Source: Aulosira sp. ZfuVER01
GTDB taxonomy: Bacteria > Cyanobacteriota > Cyanobacteriia > Cyanobacteriales > Nostocaceae
Assembly: GCA_034530615.2 (NCBI GenBank)
Contig: JAVRCV020000004.1
Coordinates: forward strand, 32,001 to 96,000
Length of the DNA stretch: 64,000 nt
Direction of reading: 5' to 3'
A program made the position numbers and the translations under genes. This document shows positions 19,701 to 29,281 of this stretch, piece after piece; within the stretch, counting starts at the first letter, position 1, and each line of letters opens with the position of its first letter. The notes under the pieces are model-generated. The model worked only from the letters and a program-made list of their open reading frames with translations, ran no database searches and was not told the origin of the DNA.

Positions 19701-19781
19701 ATTTACGGAGAAACTCTTCTTCATATAGGGTCGATTGAAAGCCAAGAAGATGAACCGACTGTCCCTGTAGATTTACCTTAA
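16734..19781 (+). CDS. NACHT-type NTPase with C-terminal pentapeptide repeats
   Basis: Walker A EPGYGKT, Walker B LLLLDGLDE, LTSR, QPLML, EFTHSNLGEYL; GANLT repeats (15-nt periodicity about 19380-19540). Confidence 0.85.
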   Translation: MNLHIRQWLAENSIEIHSLNELSVGQMAGVAYRIVQDMEVKSLMPFDICTLTEVLELPLKVVREEITLIAHLTENLLRSLSQKKPLKRNEGTWLAFQIAYLHGLQQVLDQEVSLQKPWLDRAIIWNQGSTEKLKSPLQDAHLHELLNTLNPGKLTDTQAEQALSLVASSLLAQQINSVTIAWLVANGAEEVEAKLITQRLSHALPGYLLKVIAENPAPLAQLQKFVRLGNSLPTNSVVLETELVESSPSPTVDDKIDACRESYRVSLLQSLSQPFFMESFALKDIYVPLKGLPIEEESSFEQVQKIGSLIDLQVWAQQQLDDLETIAVIESEPGYGKTSFYQIWAAKVAWEIYPTWMPIVIRLRDIKYGQSLVATLNSVFPRDLQLNFATWVTQERSRCLLLLDGLDELPPTKQGNKAKELFIQELLNLQLQGRHKIFLTSRTGTLQQIAPALPQEFKRISIQPLDVEDLRYWFQQWTMVQSLPVAQNYFTFLKQAGLFLKKPKLPLLSVLVRQPLMLYLLGVLHRDGMLDDEILQLATNSAPLLWEIHHRLSRWLLGYPLTGGTKTMLRRSGSAHIHRTPEAIANLLSHRHPQNVLEQMQAIALQILHSDRAQINLSSKAKGRGQEAEVILPSASCLLPSSTDEFPLQTLPSFYFRTQHSLSIEFTHSNLGEYLCAEAIVTQLKILTQRQEPVDIKSPFILESPSGVAQHLYNLLGYGILSEEIEALVIEGLRCQQKWQFSFEVLFQRLESFWRDYCQGRWLDEGIVHQAVTNFHALQNPVNIEQVNAAVGLNVFLLLCSCDRVAKVSFLPCGHPKNLAEFNPQTLFALICRTAVLSANTFAKRVRSQSLAGINLSGAFLLHVILARVNLRQTNFSEATLMGANLAGANLTDANLLGANLIGANLTGANLTGANLTSANLTGANLTGANFTGANFTYTCLFDSLLSEVQKEVAMLNGAIFSLEEFQRLKRFVSENSPVSSFNTADNTDIYGETLLHIGSIESQEDEPTVPVDLP

Positions 19782-19794
19782 TTATTTTTGGCAA

Positions 19795-20241
19795 TCAGCT
19801 AGCTTGGGAGTTGCGATAACCATAAAAATTGATAGTGTAATCAGTAATTCGGATTCCTGTTTGCTGTTCAACTTGACGGATAACTTCTTCTGGTAGCTCT
19901 ATATGAACGTCAAGAATTTGATTGGTATCAATACAGTTGACATGACTATGGGAATCACTGATGTTACCGTATAAACGCCCGTCGCAGCGTTCAATACACT
20001 CAATGATACCCTGACTGGATAAAGCTTCTAAATTTTGATAAACAGAAGTATGACCGATATCTTTACCTTGCTGATTCAAGCGATCGTAAATCTCTCTGGC
20101 AGAAAGATGTTCATTTGCTTGCCAAAGCAATTCTAGAATAAACCGCCGCTGACGACTGACGCGCATTCCTAACAGTTGACACTGCTCAAGAGCATCTTCT
20201 ATAGAACGAATTGGTTTTGTAGTTATTGCTTGTTTTTGCAT
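19795..20241 (-). CDS. furC: Fur-family regulator, FurC/PerR type
   Basis: GMRVSRQRRFILELL, HLSAREIY, SVYQNLEAL, HSHVNC; no CxxC pairs; closely resembles Anabaena FurC as recalled. Confidence 0.85.
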   Translation of the reverse strand: MQKQAITTKPIRSIEDALEQCQLLGMRVSRQRRFILELLWQANEHLSAREIYDRLNQQGKDIGHTSVYQNLEALSSQGIIECIERCDGRLYGNISDSHSHVNCIDTNQILDVHIELPEEVIRQVEQQTGIRITDYTINFYGYRNSQAS

Positions 20242-21433
20242 ATTTTTAAGTTGGTTAATTGTTAGGGTAATTTTCCCAATTTTAGATTAATTGATTATTC
20301 TTACTTATATGTGATGATATTACTACTGTTTATCCTGACCTGTGTTACTACTTGCGATCGCTATTGAAATTACAGGACGGTAGATTTTTTTGCTCGTTGA
20401 GGTCGTTTTTTCACTTCCTAATCTAAAACAAACTCATTACAACTTTAGCTTAAATTAGTTGGTAATGTCCACCTAAAAGCAGGTGTGTTCCTTGTCCAAA
20501 TGAATCAGCTAATATCCAGTTGCCTAAGTTGGGAAGCTTTTCTGCAGTCACTTCAAAGCGGAGAAAGTGTGCAACGTGCTAGCAATCCTCCCATATAGCC
20601 AACACAGTGGCACCTTCTAAGCATCATCAACTAACTGCCTACAGCAATTTTTTTTGTGTCTCTGTGTTTTTTACCACTAAGGCACAGAGACGAGGCCAGT
20701 TGAGTCGAGTGAGGGTTCTCTAGCTTGAAAGAGTGCTGAGTTAAGAGTAATTAATTATCCTTCTTGTCTCCCTTCCCTTGTCTTTTTTCATTCATTGCCC
20801 TCTTTTTCCTATCTTCTGCCCCATTTTCCATCTAGTTTAGTCGCTGAAAGAAAACAAGTTTTATGGTTGTAAAAATTACATTTAAAGTGATATAAATACG
20901 GTCAATGAAAGTAGTAATTGATTTACGGCTCTTACAAAATCAAAACCAATTAATTTATTAAGTAAATCTTAAGTAAAGAATTTAGCGATCGCTTGCCGAT
21001 CGAAACTAACTTCAACTTTTTTTAATCTTTTGCTAAATCGGAAATTTGCGAAAAAAATCTGAGTGTCTCCTAAATTTTCTCCCACACTAGTTATTTGTAA
21101 ATACCTATTAATCAGCTTGTATAATTCATTCTACGAACATAATTTAATTCGTCTGGAAAAAGAAAATAAGATTTTTTCAATAGCATCACCAAGAAAAAAT
21201 CGGAATGTAATTAACACGGAAATCATTGCCAAAATCAGCGAAATTTCAGCATATTCACGTATTAACATAACGTCCGCAAATTTACATAATGTCTAACAGG
21301 TAAATACAGAAAGCTGAAAATTAAATTTTGATATTTATTAGAGCCAAATAAGATTTACTTCAGTGTCAGTATTTACTGTGTAATTTTTACGGAGTAAGTA
21401 ACTAGAGCAAATAAAATTACAAAGGATAACTAT

Positions 21434-21586
21434 ATGCAAAGCACAGAGTTTGTACCTTCAGGTATAAACCATGAATGCATCAATGTTAATGGCATACGTT
21501 GTAGGGAAATACAAAGCGAAGATGGCAAGATGCCATTTTTAGCCGTAGACTACCTATCTTTTCCACAGGAGGCTAGTGTGAAATGA
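21434..21586 (+). CDS. Putative small protein (50 aa)
   Basis: AAAGGA SD-like motif then ATG; MQSTEFVPSGINHECINVNGIRCREIQSEDGKMPFLAVDYLSFPQEASVK*; hairpin at 21652-21671. Confidence 0.4.
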   Translation: MQSTEFVPSGINHECINVNGIRCREIQSEDGKMPFLAVDYLSFPQEASVK

Positions 21587-21790
21587 ATGCCAGTAACTCT
21601 TAAGCTAATGAATTTCCTTTAAATTTCGGCAAATAGACAAAGACGTTTTAGGACGCGATTAATATCGCGTCTTTAATTTTGCTCATCAAAACAGGAGCAA
21701 ATTCACAGCAAATGTAGCGTCGCTCCCTGAAAGCTGCTACTGTGAATTGTCGAGCCTACAGTTGAGCATAAAAAAGTGGCTGCTGAGTCA

Positions 21791-22264
21791 ATGACAATCA
21801 CAATCGCAATCAATACTGACGCCATTAACAATCTGGATGTGTCGCCCGCCTCAACAGTGATTGAGAAACTCTTCCAAGAGAAAGCGATCGCATCCCACGA
21901 ACAGCAACTGCGCTTTGATATCAAATATGACCTAGAACCAGGAGATCCAAGGGAACTTTCAGAGGTTCCTGAGATACGGCTGTGGTTTGTCCGTCTAGAT
22001 GCCAAATATCCCTGGCTACCATTTTTATTAGATTGGAAAGCTGGAGAATTTGCCCGTTATACTGCCATGCTTGTACCGCACCAGTTTAGTGCTAAAGAAG
22101 GCATTCAATTTAATCCTGAAGCCTTAGAGATATTTTTAATGCACAAAATCTTTATTTTAAGTGATTGGCTAAAACAGCAGAGCTTACCTACTCAATCACG
22201 ACTAAAATCTCTGGCACAAATGCTAGGTTACGAATTAGATGACGCTTTCTTTGAAACTTTTTAA
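21791..22264 (+). CDS. crr6: CRR6-family NDH-1 maturation factor (DUF1817)
   Basis: DPRELSEVPEIRLWFVRLDAKYPW, RYTAMLVPHQF. Confidence 0.85.
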   Translation: MTITIAINTDAINNLDVSPASTVIEKLFQEKAIASHEQQLRFDIKYDLEPGDPRELSEVPEIRLWFVRLDAKYPWLPFLLDWKAGEFARYTAMLVPHQFSAKEGIQFNPEALEIFLMHKIFILSDWLKQQSLPTQSRLKSLAQMLGYELDDAFFETF

Positions 22265-22347
22265 AATATGTCATGGGTAATGGAAGTCTGGAACTGGGTA
22301 ATTTGAATTTCCATTACTCATGACCAACTTCATAAGTAAATTTGAGA

Positions 22348-23109
22348 TTACTTCAGGCGGCATATAAAGCTTAATGCAGCATTAAAAGCAAATTCCACTG
22401 CTTTCGATTTGCTGGGTAAGGCAGCCTGCCATATACGATAATCGTTATATGCAATAATTAAGTTAGCTATATCATCAATTTGAACTTGATTTAGCACATC
22501 ATATTGAGCAGATTCAAAATCTCTTAATGTACCATTTTTGATTATAGTATCTCTTGCTGCTTGAATGAATCCCTCTAAAGTGGCTTGCATATATTCTTTG
22601 CCGACATCTTCTGCAAACACAGATGAAGATTTGAACGCTTTTACTTCCTCAAGCAGTAGATGGGCAATTTCTCTGCCTACTTGATGATTCCAATCATCAG
22701 GCAGTTGAATATCTAAATATTCACATTCGTTATCTTTATATTTGAGATATTCATGAATATCTACAGCAACTTTAGGTAGTTGATAACCAGCCAATAGTTG
22801 TTGCAAAGGATAGGTATTTGTATTAATCAAAGAATCACGGCAGATTTTTTCATCGCCTTCTAGACATTCATATACAAGATACGTCCAAATACCTGGCTCA
22901 CAAGTTTCGTCTTGTTTTGCCTGATAGAAAGTTATAGTCCCGTCTGCTTCAGACTCACAATAAGCATTATGAACATCGGCAAATTCACAGCGATGTAAGC
23001 ACTGAAAGTTTAATATTCTTTTAAAAATTCCAGTTATATGATGAGGCTGGCTTTCAATTTGAATGTAACGCTTGGGACTACTAAGAAAGCCATGCAATCG
23101 AATCGCCAT
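22348..23109 (-). CDS. Hypothetical protein
   Basis: 253-aa ORF with AAGGA SD; no motif recognised. Confidence 0.7.
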   Translation of the reverse strand: MAIRLHGFLSSPKRYIQIESQPHHITGIFKRILNFQCLHRCEFADVHNAYCESEADGTITFYQAKQDETCEPGIWTYLVYECLEGDEKICRDSLINTNTYPLQQLLAGYQLPKVAVDIHEYLKYKDNECEYLDIQLPDDWNHQVGREIAHLLLEEVKAFKSSSVFAEDVGKEYMQATLEGFIQAARDTIIKNGTLRDFESAQYDVLNQVQIDDIANLIIAYNDYRIWQAALPSKSKAVEFAFNAALSFICRLK

Positions 23110-23496
23110 TTATTTTTCCTTTTGATAGAGCAACATCAGTCACGGTAAATGCACGCTGCTTAAACACAATAGGGTAACTAAGGAACACTAATTTGGGGCG
23201 TTTTATTCACTTATAGACTGAACAAATGCGGTAATTTTAATAACTTGCGATCGCACAAAAGCCGAGTCTCCTTAGTCATTAAGCCTGAGGTTGTTAGTTT
23301 TTGTTTTAACGTAAATCTTTACAACTCTAAAAATTTATTGTTTAAAGCAAAATCTGCCTCCAGGCTCAAAAGTTTGAGTAACATAACAAATTATTGGAGC
23401 AATCCAAGTTGTATTTTTCCCAAAAGTTTGGCGAAACTAACGATTTTCCCCAAAAGAAATCTACTTTTTCTAAAACCTTGTCCCATAAATAAACAG

Positions 23497-23518
23497 AAAT
23501 CCGCTAGGTAGCGGATTT
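23497..23518 (-). terminator. Rho-independent terminator-like hairpin
   Basis: AAATCCGC-taggta-GCGGATTT with U-rich tail on the minus strand. Confidence 0.55.
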
Positions 23519-23808
23519 AATAGCATCAAGGCATGAGTTGTTTTGGTTGTAAGTTGCCTATATGTTGAGGACTTATGTAGCGATCTGAAAAATCAAGAGT
23601 ATGGGGATAGAAAAGTGTAGATTATCAAAACTCTGACATCCTCACGCTCAATAAGGTTCAGATTGGCAGTTTCCATCTCCCGTATGGTTTTGGCAAAAGG
23701 TAAGGGGAAAAGGCTAAAGAGTGAATTCAAACCTTTCTCCTTTGCCTTTTAACCAAACCATATTGCCACTACGCTCATACACTGACAACCTGTTGTGTAA
23801 CTGCTGGT

Positions 23809-24750
23809 TTAGCTACCCCAGATTTTATCTAAAACTACTTTGGGTGAAATATCTGCCAATTTGCCTGTGGGGGATTTTATCGCCAGGAATTTCTCGCTTG
23901 TGGGCAATAACTGCGCTGGATCTGTGGCTCCAAATAAGGCAATGGTATAAGTTTGAACTGCAACACTCAGTTGCAAGGCTACCCTGTCAGTAGTCAACAT
24001 CAGACTTGCTCCGCCAACGATCGCAGCCAGCTTGCCGATATTATCTGGGGAAATCACCTTGAGATGATGACAGGTTTCCAAAAGCAATCGCACAATTTGT
24101 TCATCCTCAGGTTCTTTAACAATCACCACAGGCAAATCTGGCTGCTTGTGTTGAAAGTCTTGAATAATTTGCTGCCAATTCTTCGCAGCATAATTTTCGG
24201 ATGATTGGCTAGAACTAGGATAAATCAATACATAACCTGTTTCATTGACTCCCAAGCGCTTTTGTTCCTTTTGTGCCCACTCAATATCTGGTTTTGGCAC
24301 ATTCACTGCTAATTCTGGGCAAGGGGACTGAATATCCAACAGCTGCAGCAACTCATGGTACAACTGTGGCAAATACTGGGAAGGTTTGAACGGTATAGTG
24401 TTGGTGAGAAAAACTGCTCCTTTACCTTGGTAGCCAATACGTGTGGGAATTCCAGTCAACCAGAGCAAAAGACCCACTAACCAGCTTTGCCCCAAAGCAA
24501 TGGCGACATCGTACTCGCGATCGCGAATCGTGCCCACCAAATTACCCCAATCTGCCAAACTGTTACGGTCTTTGTAATCAAAGGTCAGTACCTCGTTAAT
24601 TGACTTGCTGACCCGGTAGGCAGCCTTTGACCGGGGTTCCACCACGACATCGATCTGAGCATTGGGATAATAACGCTTCAGATCGTCTAGAGTCGGAAAC
24701 AAAAGAATTTGGTCGCCAATTCCGCCAGGTACAAGGGCTACTACTCGCAT
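23809..24750 (-). CDS. Glycosyltransferase family 9 (heptosyltransferase-like)
   Basis: GGIGDQIL, GIPTRIG, TIALFG. Confidence 0.9.
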   Translation of the reverse strand: MRVVALVPGGIGDQILLFPTLDDLKRYYPNAQIDVVVEPRSKAAYRVSKSINEVLTFDYKDRNSLADWGNLVGTIRDREYDVAIALGQSWLVGLLLWLTGIPTRIGYQGKGAVFLTNTIPFKPSQYLPQLYHELLQLLDIQSPCPELAVNVPKPDIEWAQKEQKRLGVNETGYVLIYPSSSQSSENYAAKNWQQIIQDFQHKQPDLPVVIVKEPEDEQIVRLLLETCHHLKVISPDNIGKLAAIVGGASLMLTTDRVALQLSVAVQTYTIALFGATDPAQLLPTSEKFLAIKSPTGKLADISPKVVLDKIWGS

Positions 24751-24819
24751 AATATTTATTGACGCTTACTCGCTCCCTATTTTAGGGGAAAATATATAGC
24801 CAAAAGATTGAAGAATTCT

Positions 24820-25515
24820 GTGTATTTACTAATTCCAGCTGCGGGTATCGGACGAAGAATGGGGAGCGATCGCAATAAACTCCTACTAACAGTGCGATCG
24901 CAACCGATTATTACTTGGACTCTCAAAGCCGCAGAAGCGGCAAATAGCATTAGTTGGATTGGGATTATTTCCCAACCCACCGACTGGGAAGATTTAAGGG
25001 CAATTCTCGCTGATTTAAAGCTAACTAAACCAGTAGAACTAATTCCCGGTGGCTCCACCAGGCAAGAATCTGTTTACAATGGCTTGCAGGCGCTACCGAC
25101 CGCCGCCGAGCAAGTTTTAATTCACGATGGAGCTAGATGCCTAGCCACGCCAGATTTACTCAATTCCTGCGCCCAAGCTATTCGCCACTGTCCTGGTTTG
25201 ATTGCCGCCGTCCCTGTCAAAGACACGATCAAAGTCGTTGATGAACATGGCATAATCCAAAGTACGCCTGACCGACGCCAATTATGGGCAGCACAAACTC
25301 CGCAAGGATTTGATGTGAAATTATTAAAACAGTGTCATGCCGAAGGTGTGCGCCAAGGCTGGGAAGTAACTGACGATGCGGCTTTGTTTGAAAAGTGTGG
25401 TATCGAAGTCCGAATTGTCCAAGGTGAGGAGACAAATCTGAAAGTCACCACTCCCCAAGATTTGGCGATCGCAGAATTTATCCTCAAAAGTAGGGAAACG
25501 GGACTGGGAGGATAA
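24820..25515 (+). CDS. ispD: 2-C-methyl-D-erythritol 4-phosphate cytidylyltransferase
   Basis: IPAAGIGRRM, GGSTRQESV, IHDGAR, AQTPQGF, TDDA, NLKVTT; GTG start 24820. Confidence 0.96.
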   Translation: MYLLIPAAGIGRRMGSDRNKLLLTVRSQPIITWTLKAAEAANSISWIGIISQPTDWEDLRAILADLKLTKPVELIPGGSTRQESVYNGLQALPTAAEQVLIHDGARCLATPDLLNSCAQAIRHCPGLIAAVPVKDTIKVVDEHGIIQSTPDRRQLWAAQTPQGFDVKLLKQCHAEGVRQGWEVTDDAALFEKCGIEVRIVQGEETNLKVTTPQDLAIAEFILKSRETGLGG

Positions 25516-25711
25516 GGGAGTGTGGGGAGTGTAGGAAGTGTGGGGGGACAAGGAGGAGATGAGAGGAAGAATAATAAATGACAAATGCCTTATGCCCTAT
25601 ATCCTTGACAAATTATGTTAAATATGATATTATCCCACACACTTAGAACTCGTCTGTCGTCACTTGTCAGTTGCTATTGACTCTTGACTATTGACTCTTG
25701 ACTCTTGACTC

Positions 25712-26260
25712 ATGAATACAGCCACAGCGACGAAGATAGAAGCAATTCTCTATTTAAAGGGTAAGCCCTTGTCGCTCGGTGAAATCGCCGAGTATGCCGC
25801 GTGCGATCGCGCTACGGTTGAGGAAGGCATCATTGAACTAATTGACGACTATGCCCGCCGAGAGAGCGCCCTAGAAGTCGTAGAGACACCAAATGGTTAT
25901 AGTTTGCAACTGCGGTCTGATTTTCACGACTTAGTGCAAACATTAATCCCCGTAGAATTGGGTTTAGGTGCATTGCGAACTTTAGCAGCGATCGCCCTTA
26001 ATAGCCCCATACTCCAAAGCGACTTGATTAACCTCCGGGGTTCGGGAGTCTATCAACACGTTCCCGAACTTGTGGAACTTGGTTTTGTTCGGAAACGTCG
26101 AGACAGCGACTCTCGCTCTTACTCCCTACAAGTAACACCGAAATTTCATCAGTATTTTCAAATCGAGCAACTCCCTCAGATATTAGCCACAAATCAAAAA
26201 GAACAACAATTAGAGCTAGATCTAGAAATAGAACTCAAAGAAGAAGTAGCAGCAGAATAA
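25712..26260 (+). CDS. scpB: SMC-Scp complex subunit ScpB
   Basis: IEAILY, ALRTLAAIA, LINLRGSG, VTPKFHQYF. Confidence 0.93.
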   Translation: MNTATATKIEAILYLKGKPLSLGEIAEYAACDRATVEEGIIELIDDYARRESALEVVETPNGYSLQLRSDFHDLVQTLIPVELGLGALRTLAAIALNSPILQSDLINLRGSGVYQHVPELVELGFVRKRRDSDSRSYSLQVTPKFHQYFQIEQLPQILATNQKEQQLELDLEIELKEEVAAE

Positions 26261-26304
26261 AATTCCTACCTATGAGTGGGTTGGGGTGACAGAGAAGACA
26301 GGGA

Positions 26305-26328
26305 GGAACCCCCGCAACGGAGTGGCTC
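26305..26328 (-). repeat. Half copy of the small dispersed repeat seen at 11229
   Basis: Reverse complement GAGCCACTCCGTTGCGGGGGTTCC vs GAGCCAGTCCGTTGCGGGGGTTCC. Confidence 0.7.
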
Positions 26329-26461
26329 CCCTTGACTCTTGACAAATTACGAATAACAACCTTCCCCAGGATAGAGTCAATTGCTTATACCAGTGGGGAA
26401 TGCATTACCCTTGTACTATGGTTTAGAGTAGAATCAGCAACTAAGCTACAAAAAACTGCCA

Positions 26462-26806
26462 ATGGAGTTTAACCCTGACTTTCTAAATGACAACTCTGAG
26501 GAACAAGCCAATCAGCTTCTAAACGACTACTTTGAGGACAACCCCAATCAGTTGCTGAAATATCTACAGCATCAGTCGCCTGAAGTTTTAGCCCGCGTTG
26601 CCCAGTCGGTTAGCCCCGAAATTAAGCAAATTATTTCGCAAAATGTTCAAGGGCTAGTGGGAATGCTGCCTCCAGAAAATTTCAACGTGCAAATCACAAC
26701 GGATAGGGAAAATCTAGCGGGTCTTTTAGCATCAGCAATGATGACGGGCTATTTCCTACGCCAGATGGAACAGAGAATGCAGTTAGATCATTTGTCTGGT
26801 CAATAG
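26462..26806 (+). CDS. DUF760 family protein
   Basis: LLKYLQ, QNVQGLVGMLP, ENLAGLLASAMMTGYFLR. Confidence 0.88.
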   Translation: MEFNPDFLNDNSEEQANQLLNDYFEDNPNQLLKYLQHQSPEVLARVAQSVSPEIKQIISQNVQGLVGMLPPENFNVQITTDRENLAGLLASAMMTGYFLRQMEQRMQLDHLSGQ

Positions 26807-26912
26807 GCAAGAGTAGAGAGCAAATAGACAATAGGCAAGAGTTATCAGTTATTTCTCCCTTGTCTCCCCTGTCCCCCTTGTCTCCCCTGCTCCTTGTCTC
26901 ATCTTCTCCTAG

Positions 26913-28121
26913 CTACTTCTTCCGAGGATAAGCCCCTGATTGCACTTTGAAGATTTGGGTTTTACCGTTGCGGCTGACTTCCATTTCTAATATGTCTCCA
27001 ACTGAACTGGACTCGACTAGCCTTTGCACTTGAGCTGAGGTTTTTACTGGCTTGCGGTTGATTTTTTGAATCACGTCTCCAGGAAGCAGTCCTGCCCTTT
27101 TTGCTGGGGAATCGTCCAGAGTACCCTTAATCACAACACCAGCATCCTGCTGGATATTAAGTTGATTTTCTTGATTAATCTGCTGCTTTTTAGCTGGAGT
27201 TAGGTCTGTCATTTCCACTCCCAAAAAAGGATGTTCTACACGCCCTTTGGTAAATAATTCATTCGCAATCCGAGCAGCAGTTTCAATCGGGATCGCAAAA
27301 CCAAGACCTTGAGCATCAGCACGAATCGCAGTATTGACACCAATCACCTCGCCTTGGGCGTTTAACAAAGGTCCGCCAGAGTTGCCAGGGTTGATTGCGG
27401 CATCAGTTTGGATAAAGCTAACTCGCTTTTCTGGGACGCCAACTTGAGCGCTGGTGCGATCGGTAGCGCTAATGATACCAATTGTCACAGTATTGTCTAA
27501 ACCCAAGGGATTACCAATAGCGATCGCCCACTGGCCTGGAATCAAGTTTTGTGAATTGCCTAGCTTGACAGTCGGTAATTTATTTGCGGGAATTTTAACT
27601 ACTGCCACATCCGTGACAGCATCCACTCCCAAAACCTTACCCTCAAAAGTCCGACCATCCTTGAGGGTGACTTGTACGGTGTCTGTATCTGCAACCACAT
27701 GAGCATTAGTTAGTAATTCTCCATTGGCGCTTAAGATAAATCCCGACCCTGTACCGCGTTCAATTCGTTCTTCCGGGATTGGTTGCTCATCTTCACCGAA
27801 GAATCGCCGCAGCAAGGGATTTTTTAAGGCATCAGAAATCGGATTTGCAACTTTACGAGTGGCATTAATTCGCACCACAGCTGGGCCGACTTTTTGCACC
27901 GCTGTGGCTATAAAATTTACATTGTCACCCCCAGTCGCCCCAATCGGCCCGCTTACAGGATTAGGAGCTACAGCTTCTGGAGGCAAAGCCACCGTAACAT
28001 TTTTTAGTTCTTGAAAAGAGTAACGTTTTGGCAGGAGATAGCGACTACCTAACAAACCTGCACCGCCACCGATTATCAGTAAAGATATATAGACGGCCAG
28101 TTGCTTTAAAGATAACTTCAT
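26913..28121 (-). CDS. HtrA/HhoA/HhoB-family serine protease with PDZ domain
   Basis: GSGF, TNAHVV, DVAVVK, IQTDAAINPGNSGGPL; N-terminal TM. Confidence 0.95.
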   Translation of the reverse strand: MKLSLKQLAVYISLLIIGGGAGLLGSRYLLPKRYSFQELKNVTVALPPEAVAPNPVSGPIGATGGDNVNFIATAVQKVGPAVVRINATRKVANPISDALKNPLLRRFFGEDEQPIPEERIERGTGSGFILSANGELLTNAHVVADTDTVQVTLKDGRTFEGKVLGVDAVTDVAVVKIPANKLPTVKLGNSQNLIPGQWAIAIGNPLGLDNTVTIGIISATDRTSAQVGVPEKRVSFIQTDAAINPGNSGGPLLNAQGEVIGVNTAIRADAQGLGFAIPIETAARIANELFTKGRVEHPFLGVEMTDLTPAKKQQINQENQLNIQQDAGVVIKGTLDDSPAKRAGLLPGDVIQKINRKPVKTSAQVQRLVESSSVGDILEMEVSRNGKTQIFKVQSGAYPRKK

Positions 28122-28331
28122 AATAATTCCGCTTTATTGACAGCAATGCAGTTGCTAATTTCTAAGTTTAGTCAAGCAAATAGCAAGTGGACAGATCAAT
28201 TTGAAAGAACAGTGAAGAAAAAGTAAAAAGTCCTTAAATATACTTATAGGGAACTACTAGCCTCTCGTCCGCTTCTACTCTCCAAATACCCAATTTAAAA
28301 TCTAAAATTAACGCTCTTTTTACTGGTACAC

Positions 28332-29207
28332 ATGACTCGTTCCTGCCGTCTAGTGTTTATCTGTGGTTTAGTCAGCGCTTTGGGGCTAGGATTCATACTC
28401 CCAGACTTACAAAGTGCCAATGCTGCTACTTGCCCAACGCCTCCTGCTCTATCTCGTTTCCAGCGTCATATAGTTGCTCGTGGCGAAACGCTAGAGAGCA
28501 TAGCGAAACTCTATAATCTCAATCCTGCAACTATTATTAGCATGAATCCTGCTGTGAAAAACGGCACAGTGACTGTTGGCAGCGAACTTCAGATTCCTCC
28601 CTACAATGGAATTGTGGTAGAAGTCCCTCAAGGTCAAACCTGGCGGCAAGTAGCAACCAAGTATAAAGTTCGTGCTGATGCCATGTTTGAAATTAATGGT
28701 TGTCAACAAAACCCTAGAGTTGTGTTTGTGCCTGGGGTGAATGGCTTACCAAATCGTCCTGTAACAGCGCCTCCTACGTCGGCTAAACCTCCTAGTGAAC
28801 TAAGTGGGTATCCTTTGCCAGAAATAACTACTGTGGCATTACCTTATGGCTGGCAAATTCATCCCACTACAGGAGAAGTATTCTTCCATAGTGGAGTAGA
28901 TTTATTCGCAGCTTTAGGCACACCAGTACAGGCGATCGCACCTGGAACTGTAGCCTTTGCCAACGAACAAGGTAGTTACGGCAAATTGGTCATCATCAAT
29001 CACGGTGGCGGACTCCAAAGCCGCTACGCCCATCTTGACAATATCAAGGTGAGTGTTGGTCAGCAAGTGAAAAAAGGAGACTTGCTCGGAACTGTCGGTA
29101 CTACTGGACAACCTGCTGCCAAACAACCACATCTTCATTTTGAAGTGCGTTCTAGCTCATCTTTGGGTTGGGCTGCTCAAGATCCAAAGAGTTATCTCAA
29201 GAAATAA
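28332..29207 (+). CDS. LysM + M23 family metallopeptidase
   Basis: HIVARGETLESIA LysM; HSGVD, RYAHL, PHLHFEV. Confidence 0.92.
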   Translation: MTRSCRLVFICGLVSALGLGFILPDLQSANAATCPTPPALSRFQRHIVARGETLESIAKLYNLNPATIISMNPAVKNGTVTVGSELQIPPYNGIVVEVPQGQTWRQVATKYKVRADAMFEINGCQQNPRVVFVPGVNGLPNRPVTAPPTSAKPPSELSGYPLPEITTVALPYGWQIHPTTGEVFFHSGVDLFAALGTPVQAIAPGTVAFANEQGSYGKLVIINHGGGLQSRYAHLDNIKVSVGQQVKKGDLLGTVGTTGQPAAKQPHLHFEVRSSSSLGWAAQDPKSYLKK

Positions 29208-29281
29208 GGTTATTTTAAAACGCAAAGAAGCGCAGAGGTAAACGCATAGTTTTGCAGAGAATACCTCTGTGTTCCTCTGCG

